From positions 800,001 through 864,000 of the forward strand of contig CAVPOM010000004.1 of assembly GCA_963707025.1 (NCBI GenBank): DNA of 64,000 nt. The letters run 5' to 3'. The position numbers were made by a program, and so were the translations under genes. This document shows, in pieces, positions 53,669 through 64,000 of this stretch (its first letter is position 1; every line of letters starts with the position of its first letter). The stretch is from an uncultured Verrucomicrobiae bacterium. Its GTDB lineage: Bacteria > Verrucomicrobiota > Verrucomicrobiia > Limisphaerales > Palsa-1400. The notes below the pieces were generated by a model. It saw only the letters and a program-made list of their open reading frames with translations. It was not told where the DNA came from and made no database searches.

Positions 53669-54376
53669 ATGAACGATTTCATCAACCTGATCGAACACTC
53701 CGACCTGGCCCACTCCGTCTGGCCCGGCAACCCCGACCCGCGCATCGTCCTGTTCATCATCGTCCTGGCCTTTGCCGTGGGCATGTTCATCGGCTTTGTC
53801 TATATGTGGACCCACGAGGCGCTCTCCTACTCGCGCACCTTCGTCGGCGCACTGGGGGTGATGCCCTTGATCGTCGCCATGCTCATGCTCTCCATGGCCG
53901 GCAACGTCTTCGTCGCCTTCGGCCTGCTGGGGGTCTTCGGGGTCGTCCGCTTCCGCAATGTACTCAAAGATACGCGCGATACCGTCTTTATCCTCTGGGC
54001 GATCATGGAGGGTGTCGCCATCGGCACCACCCGCTTTTCCACCGGCGCCCTGGGCGCCCTGGGCATCGCCGCCGCTTTTCTTTGCCTGCGCTTCATGTCT
54101 TTCGGCACGCGGCTGCGCTATGACGCCGTGTTGAGCCTGCGCGTGACCGGGGATGTGGCGGCCCGGCTCCCGGCCTTGCAGCAGATCCTCAAGCGCCACG
54201 CCAGCCGGCTGGACCTGGCCAGCGAGCGCCGCACCACCAGCGAAGGCACGGACATGACTTACCGGCTGCTGCTGCGCGACACTTCCCGCTCCAATGAACT
54301 GCAATCGGAACTGACCAGCGCCGAAGGCCTGGCCAACGTCTCCGTTTATATGCACGAGGACGAGGCGGAGATTTGA
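53669..54376 (+). CDS. DUF4956-family membrane protein
   Basis: AFGLLGVFGVVRFRNVLKDTRD motif; usual partner of VTC genes. Confidence 0.88.
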   Translation: MNDFINLIEHSDLAHSVWPGNPDPRIVLFIIVLAFAVGMFIGFVYMWTHEALSYSRTFVGALGVMPLIVAMLMLSMAGNVFVAFGLLGVFGVVRFRNVLKDTRDTVFILWAIMEGVAIGTTRFSTGALGALGIAAAFLCLRFMSFGTRLRYDAVLSLRVTGDVAARLPALQQILKRHASRLDLASERRTTSEGTDMTYRLLLRDTSRSNELQSELTSAEGLANVSVYMHEDEAEI

Positions 54377-54388
54377 GCTTATACCCGG

Positions 54389-57300
54389 CTAGGGATTCAG
54401 GATCAGGCGATAGAAGCGATTGGTTGGGGACGGAGCGGAGGGATCGCAGATAGTAACGACCGGAGAGGCGGCGGTCAGGTTGGTCAGGAACTGCCAGTTG
54501 GCCGTGGCGAGGTCCCCGCTGTATAGCACGGTGTAATTGCGCCCGAGGAGAGCGGTCCAGCTTATCCGGAAGCCTTGGGCGGAGGACGCGGCGCCGTAGA
54601 ATTGGGGCGCAACGCCCGCCGAGGGAGCAAAGGCGATGCCGCGATAGAGCTGGTTGACGCCCGCAGTGGCCAACGTGCCCGCCAAGGATGCGGCACCGGT
54701 GTCGGTCACGGTGACAATGCGATTGGCGGAGGATTCCGCGGTGGTGGCGTAGATGATCGGATGTGGGCCGGTGAAAGCCACGGTCAGGCCGCGCGCGCCA
54801 ACGTTGGTCAGAGCGATAAACGTGTAGCTGAGCGTCCAGGCACTGCCGTTCAAGTCCCACCGCTGGATTCCGCCGTTCCCGGCCAGCGTGTCGTCGGCGA
54901 CGTAGGCCGAGGTGAAATTGGAGTTGAAGGCGAAGGCAAAAGGGCTGCTGTCCGGCCCGGTGGGAAGGAAGAGGGACGGGGCCGCGGAGCCGACGGGTGT
55001 GCCGGGGATTTTCCAGATGCCGGGAGTGGACTTGCTGGTGCTGAAATAGAGGTTTCCGCCGAGGTCCTGGATAACCATGCTGTTGGCGACGGCGGATTGA
55101 ACGGTGGCAGGGAGGCTGCCGCCAAAGTAAAATGTCCCGCTGTTGGCGCCTGCGCCCCAATAGTTGCCCAGGCCGTCGGTGGTGGCAGACCGGAAGTTGT
55201 TGGAGCTGTATTGGTTTGTGGTCAGGCCGAGGATGGCAAACTGACCGCTGCCATCCAGGGCGCCGATGACGCGGGGCACCGTTGCCGCGGCAGAACCGGC
55301 CAGCGAGGAAGAGCTGTTGCTGTAGGCCATATTGTAGCCCGCGAGCATGAGCAGGCGCCGGTCGGCGGAAAGGGTCAGGCCGCCCTCGGAGGTGGCGCTG
55401 CCACTGGCGAGGAAGGCGTTGGACGATTCATCGGGAATGGCAATGCTGCCGGCCAGCCCGCCATTGGTGTTGAATTGGTCCACGAAAAGGGAGTTGCCGT
55501 GGCTGCTGAGGGATTCCGCGCCGTCGCCCACGCGCACGACGGCCAAATTGCCGGGGGTGAATGGGAGAGGGGAGGAGCTTCCGGCGAAGCTGTTCTGGTT
55601 GACCACCGCGCCCCGGTCGTTTTCAAGGATCAGCGCGGAGTTTCCCTGCGCGCTGAGGAAGCCGGCGAACGGCCCCTGCACAAAAAGGTTCTGGCCGGCG
55701 TGCGGACTGGCGGCGCGGGCGCGGAAAGCGTTGACGCTGGCCGTGAGATAAAGAGATTTGCCGGCGGGGATGACTGTGCCGGGGCGCATGCGGAACTCAA
55801 TGGCGCCCGTCAGGCGCCAGTTGGAAACATCCACGGCGTAGGAGTTGGTGTTGCCCAGTTGCACGTATTGTTCGGCGGGATTTCCGCTGACAGGAGCGTA
55901 GTCGGAGGAGGCAATGAGGACGACGGCGTTCGTCGGCTGCGCGGCCGGAATGGAATTGCTGATGCTGATGGAAGTGCTGCCGTTGAGCGTGGCGTAAGGA
56001 CTGGTGTAAAGAAAGGCGCGCCGTCCGGCCAGGAAATTGGAGATCAGGCGTTCGGCGTCATTCGGGAAATAGCTGAGGTTGGTGTCGCCCCAGGCCGGCC
56101 CCCAGACCGCGTAGTCCAGCGCGGTGTCGGACGGGGAGAGGCCCGGCGGGTTGAGGGTGTTTTCGTATTGACGGATGAGGGGTTCGAGGACCTGCGCGCC
56201 CGCCGGCGTCCCGGCGGGCATGAGGATGGTGTCCATCAAGGTCCTCAGCCGCCGCAGATACATCTGGCTGAAATCGCCCGAGGCAAAAAACAGGTCGAAA
56301 AGGCGGTTGGCGGGTTTGGACTGGATGGGCGCGCCGGGATAGAAATCAAGGACGTTCGTTGTAAAAATGACGTCGTTGAAATAGTTCGACCCTGAGAATT
56401 CGTCCACCCAATCGCGCCCCCACGAAAGGTCAACGTCCCACGGGAAAATCGCCCATTCGCCGGTGTTGTCGCTGTCGCAATAGAGATAGAAATTTTTATG
56501 GCCGACGTCCTGATCGCTGGTCAGCGCCATGTCGGCAAAATAACTTGCCGTCTGCGGCAGGTCGAGGTTGTCGTAGGCGTAGGCCACGCGTGTGGCGAGC
56601 GCAATGGACTCGTCCAGGTTGGTGATCAGAGCGGTCAAGTCCGCCGTGCCCGCGGGGTCCGATTGACGCGTTTCCTTGACATTGCCCGAAGCGCTGCTCA
56701 TTTCATTATACATTTTGTAAAGCGCGCCGTTGTCATCGCGCCCGATGCGGTCCAAAAACAACCCGTCCCCATATTCGACCATGTCTTCCAGCCCCCAAAA
56801 GGAGCCGTTGAGATGGATGCGGATGGGAAAGGAGAAAAAGCCGACGCCGCCCGACTGGGCGATGGCGGCGTAGGTGAGGGTGGTGCGGAGGCGCGCCTTG
56901 TCGCTGTAGTCGCTCATGAAAATGACCTTCTGCTCGCGCGTGCCGTTCGGCGCGTAAAGAAAGTCGTGGTCCTTGGGAAAAACCAGGTCGTGGCTTTTCT
57001 TGGGCCAGCCGGTGGAGGTCTGCCCATGCACATGAATGGCCAGGTTGTCATACAGCTCACCCAGGTAGAACATCGAGGCCTGCGTGCCGGTTTGATTGTC
57101 GGCGGCGGACGGATTTTGAATGAACAAATAAGCCACCGGCAACTGCGAGTGAATGGCAGGATCGGCCACCACCGTTCCATAATACTGCTGCGATTCGGCC
57201 GGATCCGGGAAAATCGGCCAGCGCGAAGAGTTGCCGGCGGTGTCTGAAGCCGTGACATAATAGCGAATCAGTTGACCCGCCGCCGCCACCCCGGCGGGAA

Positions 57301-59272
57301 TTTTGCCCGTCCAGGTCCCGTCTCCGGCGGCGGCATCGCCATTGGTGCCGGCATCGTTCATGGGCGCGGTGGTTTCGGCGTCAAACATGACGCAATAATG
57401 CAAGGTGACGTTGGAAATGGCGCTGAAGCCGGGCGCCACTTGCGCGGTGACGGTGAGGGCATCGGTCGTTTGCGGAGGGTTGGGAGTGTGGCTGGCGCCG
57501 GTCATGATCGGGCCGAGATCGTTGCTGCTCGTGCCGTTGGGGCCGCCGGGAGTCGGCCCGGAGAAATAGCGATATGCGGCGAGGGAATTGGTGACGGTTT
57601 GGCCGAGCAATTGCGCCTGCAGCAGGAAATCGCTGTTGGTTGCGGCGAGGTTCAGGCCCTGCACGGCCAGCAGGTTGTTGCCCGCCTGCAAATACGGCGG
57701 CGCCGCGCTTAGGTCGAATTCCTGCCATTGCACCGCCCGCGGGTTCAGGTTCAGTTGCGTGGCGGTGGAATTCCAGGCCAGCGTGGCGGGGGCGCCGGCG
57801 GAGGCGATTTGCTGGCCGTTGAGGAAGGCGACGAAGCCGGCGTTGTAGCGCACCAGCAGGCTCAGTGTGCTGAAGGCCGGCGGGTCGGCCACGCTGAAAG
57901 GGATGCGCACGCAAGCGCTGGCGTTGGAACCATACATCAGGGCGCGGACATCGGTGTTGATGTAATTGCTGTAGTTGCCCTCGGCGACGTTGGTCGCCAG
58001 GAAACCGGTGATCTCGTTGCTGGCCAGGGCGCGGTACCAGACCGCAACCTCGTCAATGCCACCCTTGAAATAATTCCCCGTGGGATCAAACACCCCGTCG
58101 CCGCCGATGTTGAAATTGAACAGCGATTCGCCGAAATTCGCCGCCGAAATTGCAGTGCTCCCCACATTGGTGGCGTCGAGAAAAAGCGACAGCCGCCCGT
58201 TGCCGCCCACGGCCGTGACATAGTGCCACTGGTTGGTTGGGTATGGGTAGCTCGCGGACACCGAGCCGGCTGGCGTCCAGATCTGGATGGTGGGATAGGA
58301 ACTGAATCCAAATTCCATCGTGTCGTTTTGGCCGAACAAACCGGCCCGGTTGGTTTGCTGGGTCGTCGCCGGATTGATCCAACCGGCGATGGTGAAGGCG
58401 GGCAAATCATTGACCAGTTCATACGGTCCATTGACAGCGGCGCTGACCCCGTCAAAGACAGGCGCGCAGTTGGCCGCTTCCAATGTCGGACATTTCGGCG
58501 GACGCGGCCCCGCGCCGCCCAGCACGATATGGCCCAAGTAACCCGCCGCGTCCGTGACGCCGTCCGTACCGGAATTGACCGCCTGGACGCCACTGGTTTC
58601 GTTCAGGCGCCAGTAGGCGGCGGGTTGGGAAGCGAGTACTTTGGCGGCGAACGATTCTTCTCCCGGGTTAAAAAGGCCCGTTTCGTATCCAATCCCATTG
58701 GTTCCCGCCCGCCAGGTCGAATCATCGAATCCGGTCTGCTGCCAGGCTCCATCCACGGAGGAGTTGGTGGGAATGATGTAAGACATCGTGGCGTTGGTGA
58801 CCACCAGCGGGGTCGTGATAAAGGCCATGACCAGGCCGTAGGAGACATCTGGAAACTGCTGGGGATAGGAGGGCGAGAACTCGGTGGCGATGGAGAGGTC
58901 GGGACGGGACAGGGCCAGGTACTCCCCTGCGGGGTTGAGTTTGAAGTTGGTGTGGAGCGGGGCGCCGGGGACGCGGCGGTTCTTGCCGGAGGCAAAAACG
59001 ACCATAAATGCGCCGGGAGGGAGGTTGGTGGAGGGGAAAAGCCATTTTTCCGGGTTGCCCGAGCTGTCGCTCAACGCCCAATTGCGCAGATTAACATTTG
59101 TCATGGACGCGTTTTGCAGTTCGATCCAGTCCGAGTAATCGCCATCCTCGTCGGCCAGGGTGTGGGTGTTGCTCGCCATGAATTCCGTGAGGCGCACCTG
59201 CGCCAATCCGGTGGCGCATCCCAGAAACAAAAGCGCCCCGAGAACTGGCCGGAGATTAGCAAGCTTGGTCAT
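54389..59272 (-). CDS. Large secreted protein with lamin-tail, LamG and CotH kinase-like domains
   Basis: Signal peptide; EFMASN...DWIEL (LTD); YWRLNE and IDEVAVW (LamG); KNFYLY...PWDVDLSWG (CotH); C-terminal RFYR. Confidence 0.88.
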   Translation of the reverse strand: MTKLANLRPVLGALLFLGCATGLAQVRLTEFMASNTHTLADEDGDYSDWIELQNASMTNVNLRNWALSDSSGNPEKWLFPSTNLPPGAFMVVFASGKNRRVPGAPLHTNFKLNPAGEYLALSRPDLSIATEFSPSYPQQFPDVSYGLVMAFITTPLVVTNATMSYIIPTNSSVDGAWQQTGFDDSTWRAGTNGIGYETGLFNPGEESFAAKVLASQPAAYWRLNETSGVQAVNSGTDGVTDAAGYLGHIVLGGAGPRPPKCPTLEAANCAPVFDGVSAAVNGPYELVNDLPAFTIAGWINPATTQQTNRAGLFGQNDTMEFGFSSYPTIQIWTPAGSVSASYPYPTNQWHYVTAVGGNGRLSLFLDATNVGSTAISAANFGESLFNFNIGGDGVFDPTGNYFKGGIDEVAVWYRALASNEITGFLATNVAEGNYSNYINTDVRALMYGSNASACVRIPFSVADPPAFSTLSLLVRYNAGFVAFLNGQQIASAGAPATLAWNSTATQLNLNPRAVQWQEFDLSAAPPYLQAGNNLLAVQGLNLAATNSDFLLQAQLLGQTVTNSLAAYRYFSGPTPGGPNGTSSNDLGPIMTGASHTPNPPQTTDALTVTAQVAPGFSAISNVTLHYCVMFDAETTAPMNDAGTNGDAAAGDGTWTGKIPAGVAAAGQLIRYYVTASDTAGNSSRWPIFPDPAESQQYYGTVVADPAIHSQLPVAYLFIQNPSAADNQTGTQASMFYLGELYDNLAIHVHGQTSTGWPKKSHDLVFPKDHDFLYAPNGTREQKVIFMSDYSDKARLRTTLTYAAIAQSGGVGFFSFPIRIHLNGSFWGLEDMVEYGDGLFLDRIGRDDNGALYKMYNEMSSASGNVKETRQSDPAGTADLTALITNLDESIALATRVAYAYDNLDLPQTASYFADMALTSDQDVGHKNFYLYCDSDNTGEWAIFPWDVDLSWGRDWVDEFSGSNYFNDVIFTTNVLDFYPGAPIQSKPANRLFDLFFASGDFSQMYLRRLRTLMDTILMPAGTPAGAQVLEPLIRQYENTLNPPGLSPSDTALDYAVWGPAWGDTNLSYFPNDAERLISNFLAGRRAFLYTSPYATLNGSTSISISNSIPAAQPTNAVVLIASSDYAPVSGNPAEQYVQLGNTNSYAVDVSNWRLTGAIEFRMRPGTVIPAGKSLYLTASVNAFRARAASPHAGQNLFVQGPFAGFLSAQGNSALILENDRGAVVNQNSFAGSSSPLPFTPGNLAVVRVGDGAESLSSHGNSLFVDQFNTNGGLAGSIAIPDESSNAFLASGSATSEGGLTLSADRRLLMLAGYNMAYSNSSSSLAGSAAATVPRVIGALDGSGQFAILGLTTNQYSSNNFRSATTDGLGNYWGAGANSGTFYFGGSLPATVQSAVANSMVIQDLGGNLYFSTSKSTPGIWKIPGTPVGSAAPSLFLPTGPDSSPFAFAFNSNFTSAYVADDTLAGNGGIQRWDLNGSAWTLSYTFIALTNVGARGLTVAFTGPHPIIYATTAESSANRIVTVTDTGAASLAGTLATAGVNQLYRGIAFAPSAGVAPQFYGAASSAQGFRISWTALLGRNYTVLYSGDLATANWQFLTNLTAASPVVTICDPSAPSPTNRFYRLILNP

Positions 59273-59416
59273 ACCTCGTCCTTCTTACGTAATCATCAGT
59301 ATATCAGAAGAGTTAATGGGTTGCAATGGGGATTCTCAAGCAAGGCGGATGCGGGAGTTTAGATTCGGAGTTTTGGCTTGCAAAACTCCGCAAACTGGCT
59401 ATGCTCAACTGTTGCC

Positions 59417-62400
59417 ATGAAGGTTTCTCAAAGTTCACTGCGTTTTTCGGCGCAACTCCCCGCAAGCAATGGCCTTTGGCGCGGGGTTGGCCTGCGCTGG
59501 GGCGCTCCCGCGCTGCTGGCTTGGCTGTTCCTTTTTGCGGGTCTTCCTCCAGCCAGAGCCGGTCTGCCGCCCGGCTGGAGCGACACGGACATTGGGACGC
59601 CCGCGGACGCCGGTTCGGCGTCTGACAACAATGGCGGGTGGACCGTCTCCGGCGGCGGGGCGGACATCTGGGGAACGGCCGACCAATGCAACTTCGCCAG
59701 CCAAGGTTTCAATTGTGACGGCGCCATCGTTGCCCTGGTCACCAGCGTGCCGAACACCGATCCAAGCTCCGGCTGGTCCAAAGCAGGCGTGATGTTGCGC
59801 AACGACACCACGGCCGGGGCGGTCAATGCTTTTATGACCGCCTCGGCGGGCCAGGGGGTCTCTTTTCAATTTCGCGACACGGCGGGCGGCGCGTCTGTCA
59901 CCACGAAGGTCGGCGGAGTCAACCCGCCGGTCTGGGTCAAAGTGGTTCGTTCGAGCGACCAATTCAGCGGTTATTATAGTGTTGACGGGAGCAATTGGAC
60001 CCAAGTGGGCGGCGCCGCCACCATCGAGATGGCCGGTCCCGCCCTGGCCGGGCTGGCCGTGACGGCCCACAACAACGGCGCGCTCAACACCTCCACCTTT
60101 ACCAACGTCAGCCTGACGCCGCCCGCCTTCGGCATCTACCGGGAGCTTTGGACCAACCTCAGCTCCAGCGTGGGCAACACTCTGGCCGCGCTGACGAACA
60201 CAACCGACAACCCCAACTGGCCCAACGACCCTGCGCCGTCCTACACCCATGTTTTCACTAATTTTGAAACCGAAATCAATACCGGCATGAATTATTTCGG
60301 CCAGCGTCTGCGGACATTTGTCGTGCCGCCCGCCAGCGGTCTTTACACGTTTTGGATCGCCAGCGACGATAATTCCCTGCTTTACCTGAGCACCAGCGAG
60401 AACCCCGCCGGCATGGTGGCGATTGCGTCCAACACGGCCTGGACGCCTTCGGAGGACTGGACCGAGTACCCCAGCCTGCAATCGGCGCTCATCAGCCTGC
60501 AAGGGGGCTGCCGTTATTACCTGGAAGCGCAGATGCAGCAAGGGGCGGCGGGGAAAACCTCTCCGTGCGCTGGCAGTTGCCCAATGGGGCATTTGAACAG
60601 CCCATGGCGGCCGTAAGCGCAGCCGGCACGCTGCTGATCCCGTGCAACGGGGTGAACACGACCCCGGGCATTTTTGCCCAATCCAGCAGCGTGACGGTGG
60701 TGGAGAATCTCAATGCGGTTTTTTCGGTGCTGGTCACCAATCAGGCCCCGGTGACTTACCAATGGTTCACCAACGGCAGCAAGCTGGCCGGAGCCACCCT
60801 GCCGGTGGACACGCTGAGCAACGCCAGTTTCACGCTGAACAACGGCCAGATTTACACCTGTGTCGTCAGCAACAGCGCCGGTTCCATCACCAGCGCTCCC
60901 ATCGCCCTGATCGTGCTGCACGACACCGTCCCGCCGGCGGTGGCTGAGGTTTTCAACCTCGGACCGGCCAGCGTGGAGATCGTTTTCTCCAAACCGGTCG
61001 CGGTCACCGACGCCACCAACGCGGCCAATTATGCGTTTACCAACGGGACCGCCATTACCGGCGCGGCGCTCGCCGCGAATAATTACAGCGTGACGCTGAC
61101 CAGCGCGCCCCTGGTCTATGGGAGCAATTATGTCATTGTCATAAATAATATTCACGACCGGGCCAGCACGCCCAATGTCATTGCCACCAACACCCTGGCT
61201 GGATTCACGGCCTTGCCTTTTGCGCCGCAGGACATCGGCAGCCCGCCCATTGCTTCCACCGCCACCTACACCACCAACGGAGAGACCATCCAGAGCGCCG
61301 GCAATTACATCGGCGGCACCAGCGATCAATGCAACTTGGAATACCAACTCCAGACCGGCAATTTTGACGTCTCCGTCTGCCTGGCCGGCCTGGGTCTGTC
61401 GGACCTTTGGGCCAAGGCCGGCTTGATGGCGCGCGCCAGTCTGGATGCGGGCAGCCCGTTCGCCGCCGCGCTGGCCACGCCCGGCATGAACGGGGATTTT
61501 TTCGCCGATCGCACCGCCACCAACGGCCAGGCGGCGGCCTCGGGGAGTTTTCCGGCCAATTATCCCAACACCTGGCTGCGGCTCAAGCGGGTGGGCAACG
61601 TGTTCACCGGCTTTGCCAGTTACGACGGACCAGACTGGACGCAATTGGGCAGCGCGACGATCGTCATGCCCAGCCAGATTTACCTCGGCCTGGCCGTGGC
61701 CAGCCACAACACCAACCAACTGACCACGGCGCAGTTTCTGCGATTATGAAACCACGCCTGCCGACGCGGTGGTGGCCACGACCGTCAATCCGCACGAACC
61801 GCCGGGACCGTCCAGCCGCAAGACCGCCGATTGTCATTTCCGAGATCATGTGGAAGCCCGCCCCGCGCAGCGACGGCAACAACATCGGAGTTTCTGGAAC
61901 TTTACAATTCCAATCCCTGTTTCCAGGACATCAGCGGCTACCAAGTCACCTGCGCGGACATGAATTACACCTTCCCGCCGAACACACTGATCCCCGGCGG
62001 CGGCTTTCTCGTCATCGCCGCTTCGCCGCCAGGCATCGCAAATGTTTATGGCGATCACCAACGTCCTGGGCCCCTACACCGGCAGCCTCAAGAAATCCGA
62101 GACGCTCCAATTGCTGGACGAACAGGGAGCAGTGTCTTGCTGACCGTGCCTTATTCCGATGTCTACCCGTGGCCGGTGGCGGCCGATGGCACCGGGCATT
62201 CGCTTGTCCTGGCCAATCCGACTTACGGCGAAGGCGATCCGCGCGCCTGGGACATCAGCGACATCGTGGGCGGCTCGCCGGGCCAGATGGATTCGTTCCG
62301 TCCCAGCCCGCTGCGCAACGTGGTCATCAACGAGATCCTGGCGCACTCGGAAAACCCGGCCGTGCCGCAATTTATCGAACTCTACAATCACAGCACCAAC

Positions 62401-64000
62401 AGCGTGGACGTCTCGGGCTGCATTCTGACCGATGATCCGGCGACCAACAAATTCGTCATTCCCGCGGGCACGGTGATCGGCCCGGCCGGTTTTGTTTCCT
62501 TCACGCAATCGCAATTCGGCTTCACGCTCAACGGCGCGGGCGAAACGCTTTACTTCATCAAGCCCGACGGCAGCCGCATCTTGGACGCCGTGCAATTCGG
62601 GGCGCAGGCCGACGGCGTTTCCTATGGCCGCTGGCCGGATGGCGCGAATGATTTTTACGCCTTCACCACTAACACGCCCGGCGCGCACAACAGCGCCAAT
62701 TCTGATCGGCGACATGGTCATCAACGAATTGATGTATGACCCGATCAGCGGCAACGACGACGATCAATACATCGAACTCTACAACAAGGGCACCAACACG
62801 GTGAATCTGTCCGGCTGGCAGTTCACGGCCGGCGTCACTTTCACTTTTCCACCCAATGTTCATGCTGGCCTCCGAACGGCTATCTGGTCGTGGCGCGCAA
62901 CCTGACCAATCTGCTCGCCAAATATACCAATCTGAACGCCGGCAACACCGTGGGCAATTACTGCGGCAAAGCTGTCGCACAACGGCGAGCGGGTGGCCTT
63001 GGCCCATGCCGCGAGACGCTATTATGGCACCAACACCATCTACGTGGTAGAAGACGAGGTGACCTACGGCACCGGCGGACGCTGGGGCCAATGGTCCTCC
63101 GGCGGCGGCAGCAGCCTGGAACTGATTGATCCCCACGCCAACCACCGCCTGGCCGCCAACTGGGCGGACAGCGACGAGACGCAAAAATCGTCAGTGGGTG
63201 GACATCGAAACCACCGGCGTGCTGGACAACGGCGCCAATTACGATGCCGGCGATTGATTACGCCCAGATCGGCCTGCTGGACGTGGGCGAATGTCTGGTG
63301 GACAACATCGAAGTGGATTACAACGGCAAGCAATTATGTTTCCAACGCCGCCTTTGAAAGCGGCCTGGGTTGACCAACTGGTCGCTCCAAGGCTGCATGG
63401 TGCGTTCCAGCCTGGAAAACACCGGCTATCAAAGCAGCTATTCCCTGCACATCCGCTGCAGCGACCGCATTTGGACCGGCGACAATTCCTGCCAGGTGGC
63501 CCTGAACGCCAACACCACTGGCACGCGGCCAGACGGCGACGCTGCGCTTCAAGGCGCGCTGGCTGCACGGCTGGCCGGAAGCGCTGCTCCGTTTGAACGG
63601 CAACTGGCTCGAAGCCACCGGCGCCCATGCCCGTGCCCGCCAACCTCGGCACGCCCGGGCGTGCCCAACAGCCGATCCGTGACCAATGCCGGGCCGGCCA
63701 TTTACAAGGTCACCCACAATCCCGCCGTGCCGGCCGCCTAGCCAGGCGGTGGTGGTGACGGCGCAGGTGCATGATCCGGACGGCGTGCAAAAGCCTGACG
63801 CTTTATTACCGCATCGATCCGGCGACCAGCTTACACGGCCGTGCCGATGAAGGACGACGGCACGGGCGGCGACGCCATCGCCGGGCGACGGCGTTTTCAG
63901 CGCGACCATTCCCGGACAGGCTGCCAATCAAATCGTCGCCTTTTACATTGCCGCCACCGACAGCCGGGGCGCGGCAACGCGCTTTCCGGCCTTGCGTCCC
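59417..64000 (+). CDS. Large secreted protein (PA14, Ig-like and lamin-tail domains), many frameshifts, truncated by the window end
   Basis: Consecutive fragments: WSKAGVM beta-sandwich, YTFWIASDD (PA14), TYQW Ig, VVINEI...FIELYN (LTD). Confidence 0.75.

Noticed and set aside
60500..64000. Cluster of small LTD-domain genes
   Set aside because: The fragments join end to end into one large protein, and indel density rises toward the window end as expected for poor coverage.

Overview
GC-rich bacterial chromosomal window, probably Verrucomicrobiota (Pedosphaera-like). This is inferred from gene content such as mcsA-mcsB-clpC without ctsR, giant LTD/CotH/LamG secreted proteins and the intergenic repeat families. 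Housekeeping and metabolic genes: atpD-atpC, comM, a kdgK/Ldh_2/D-2-hydroxyacid dehydrogenase/DapA-like/aldehyde dehydrogenase catabolic cluster, glgB, infA, three ABC exporter loci, ackA-xfp, a hybrid histidine kinase, clpC-mcsB-mcsA, ilvE, a GH20-GH29 fusion and dprA. Several genes carry frameshifts that look like long-read indel errors. Best candidate novel system: a tightly coupled five-gene operon (46781-51576) for a modified cytosine nucleotide. It encodes a thymidylate-synthase-fold enzyme with Asp at the Asn177-equivalent position (cytosine-type), a B12-dependent radical SAM enzyme, a dNMP kinase, a HAM1-HIT fusion and a SAM methyltransferase. It is followed by a divergent pyruvate kinase-VTC-DUF4956 unit with a Pho-box-like operator. 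Second theme: integrase-free toxin-antitoxin islets flanked by direct repeats that duplicate host gene ends (222 bp of the comM 5' end, 37 bp of the glgB 3' end), and two toxin genes each interrupted by one in-frame stop. Third theme: several MITE-like families carrying REP hairpins, one with a compensatory base-pair change between copies. All calls come from reading the sequence by eye; no searches were run.
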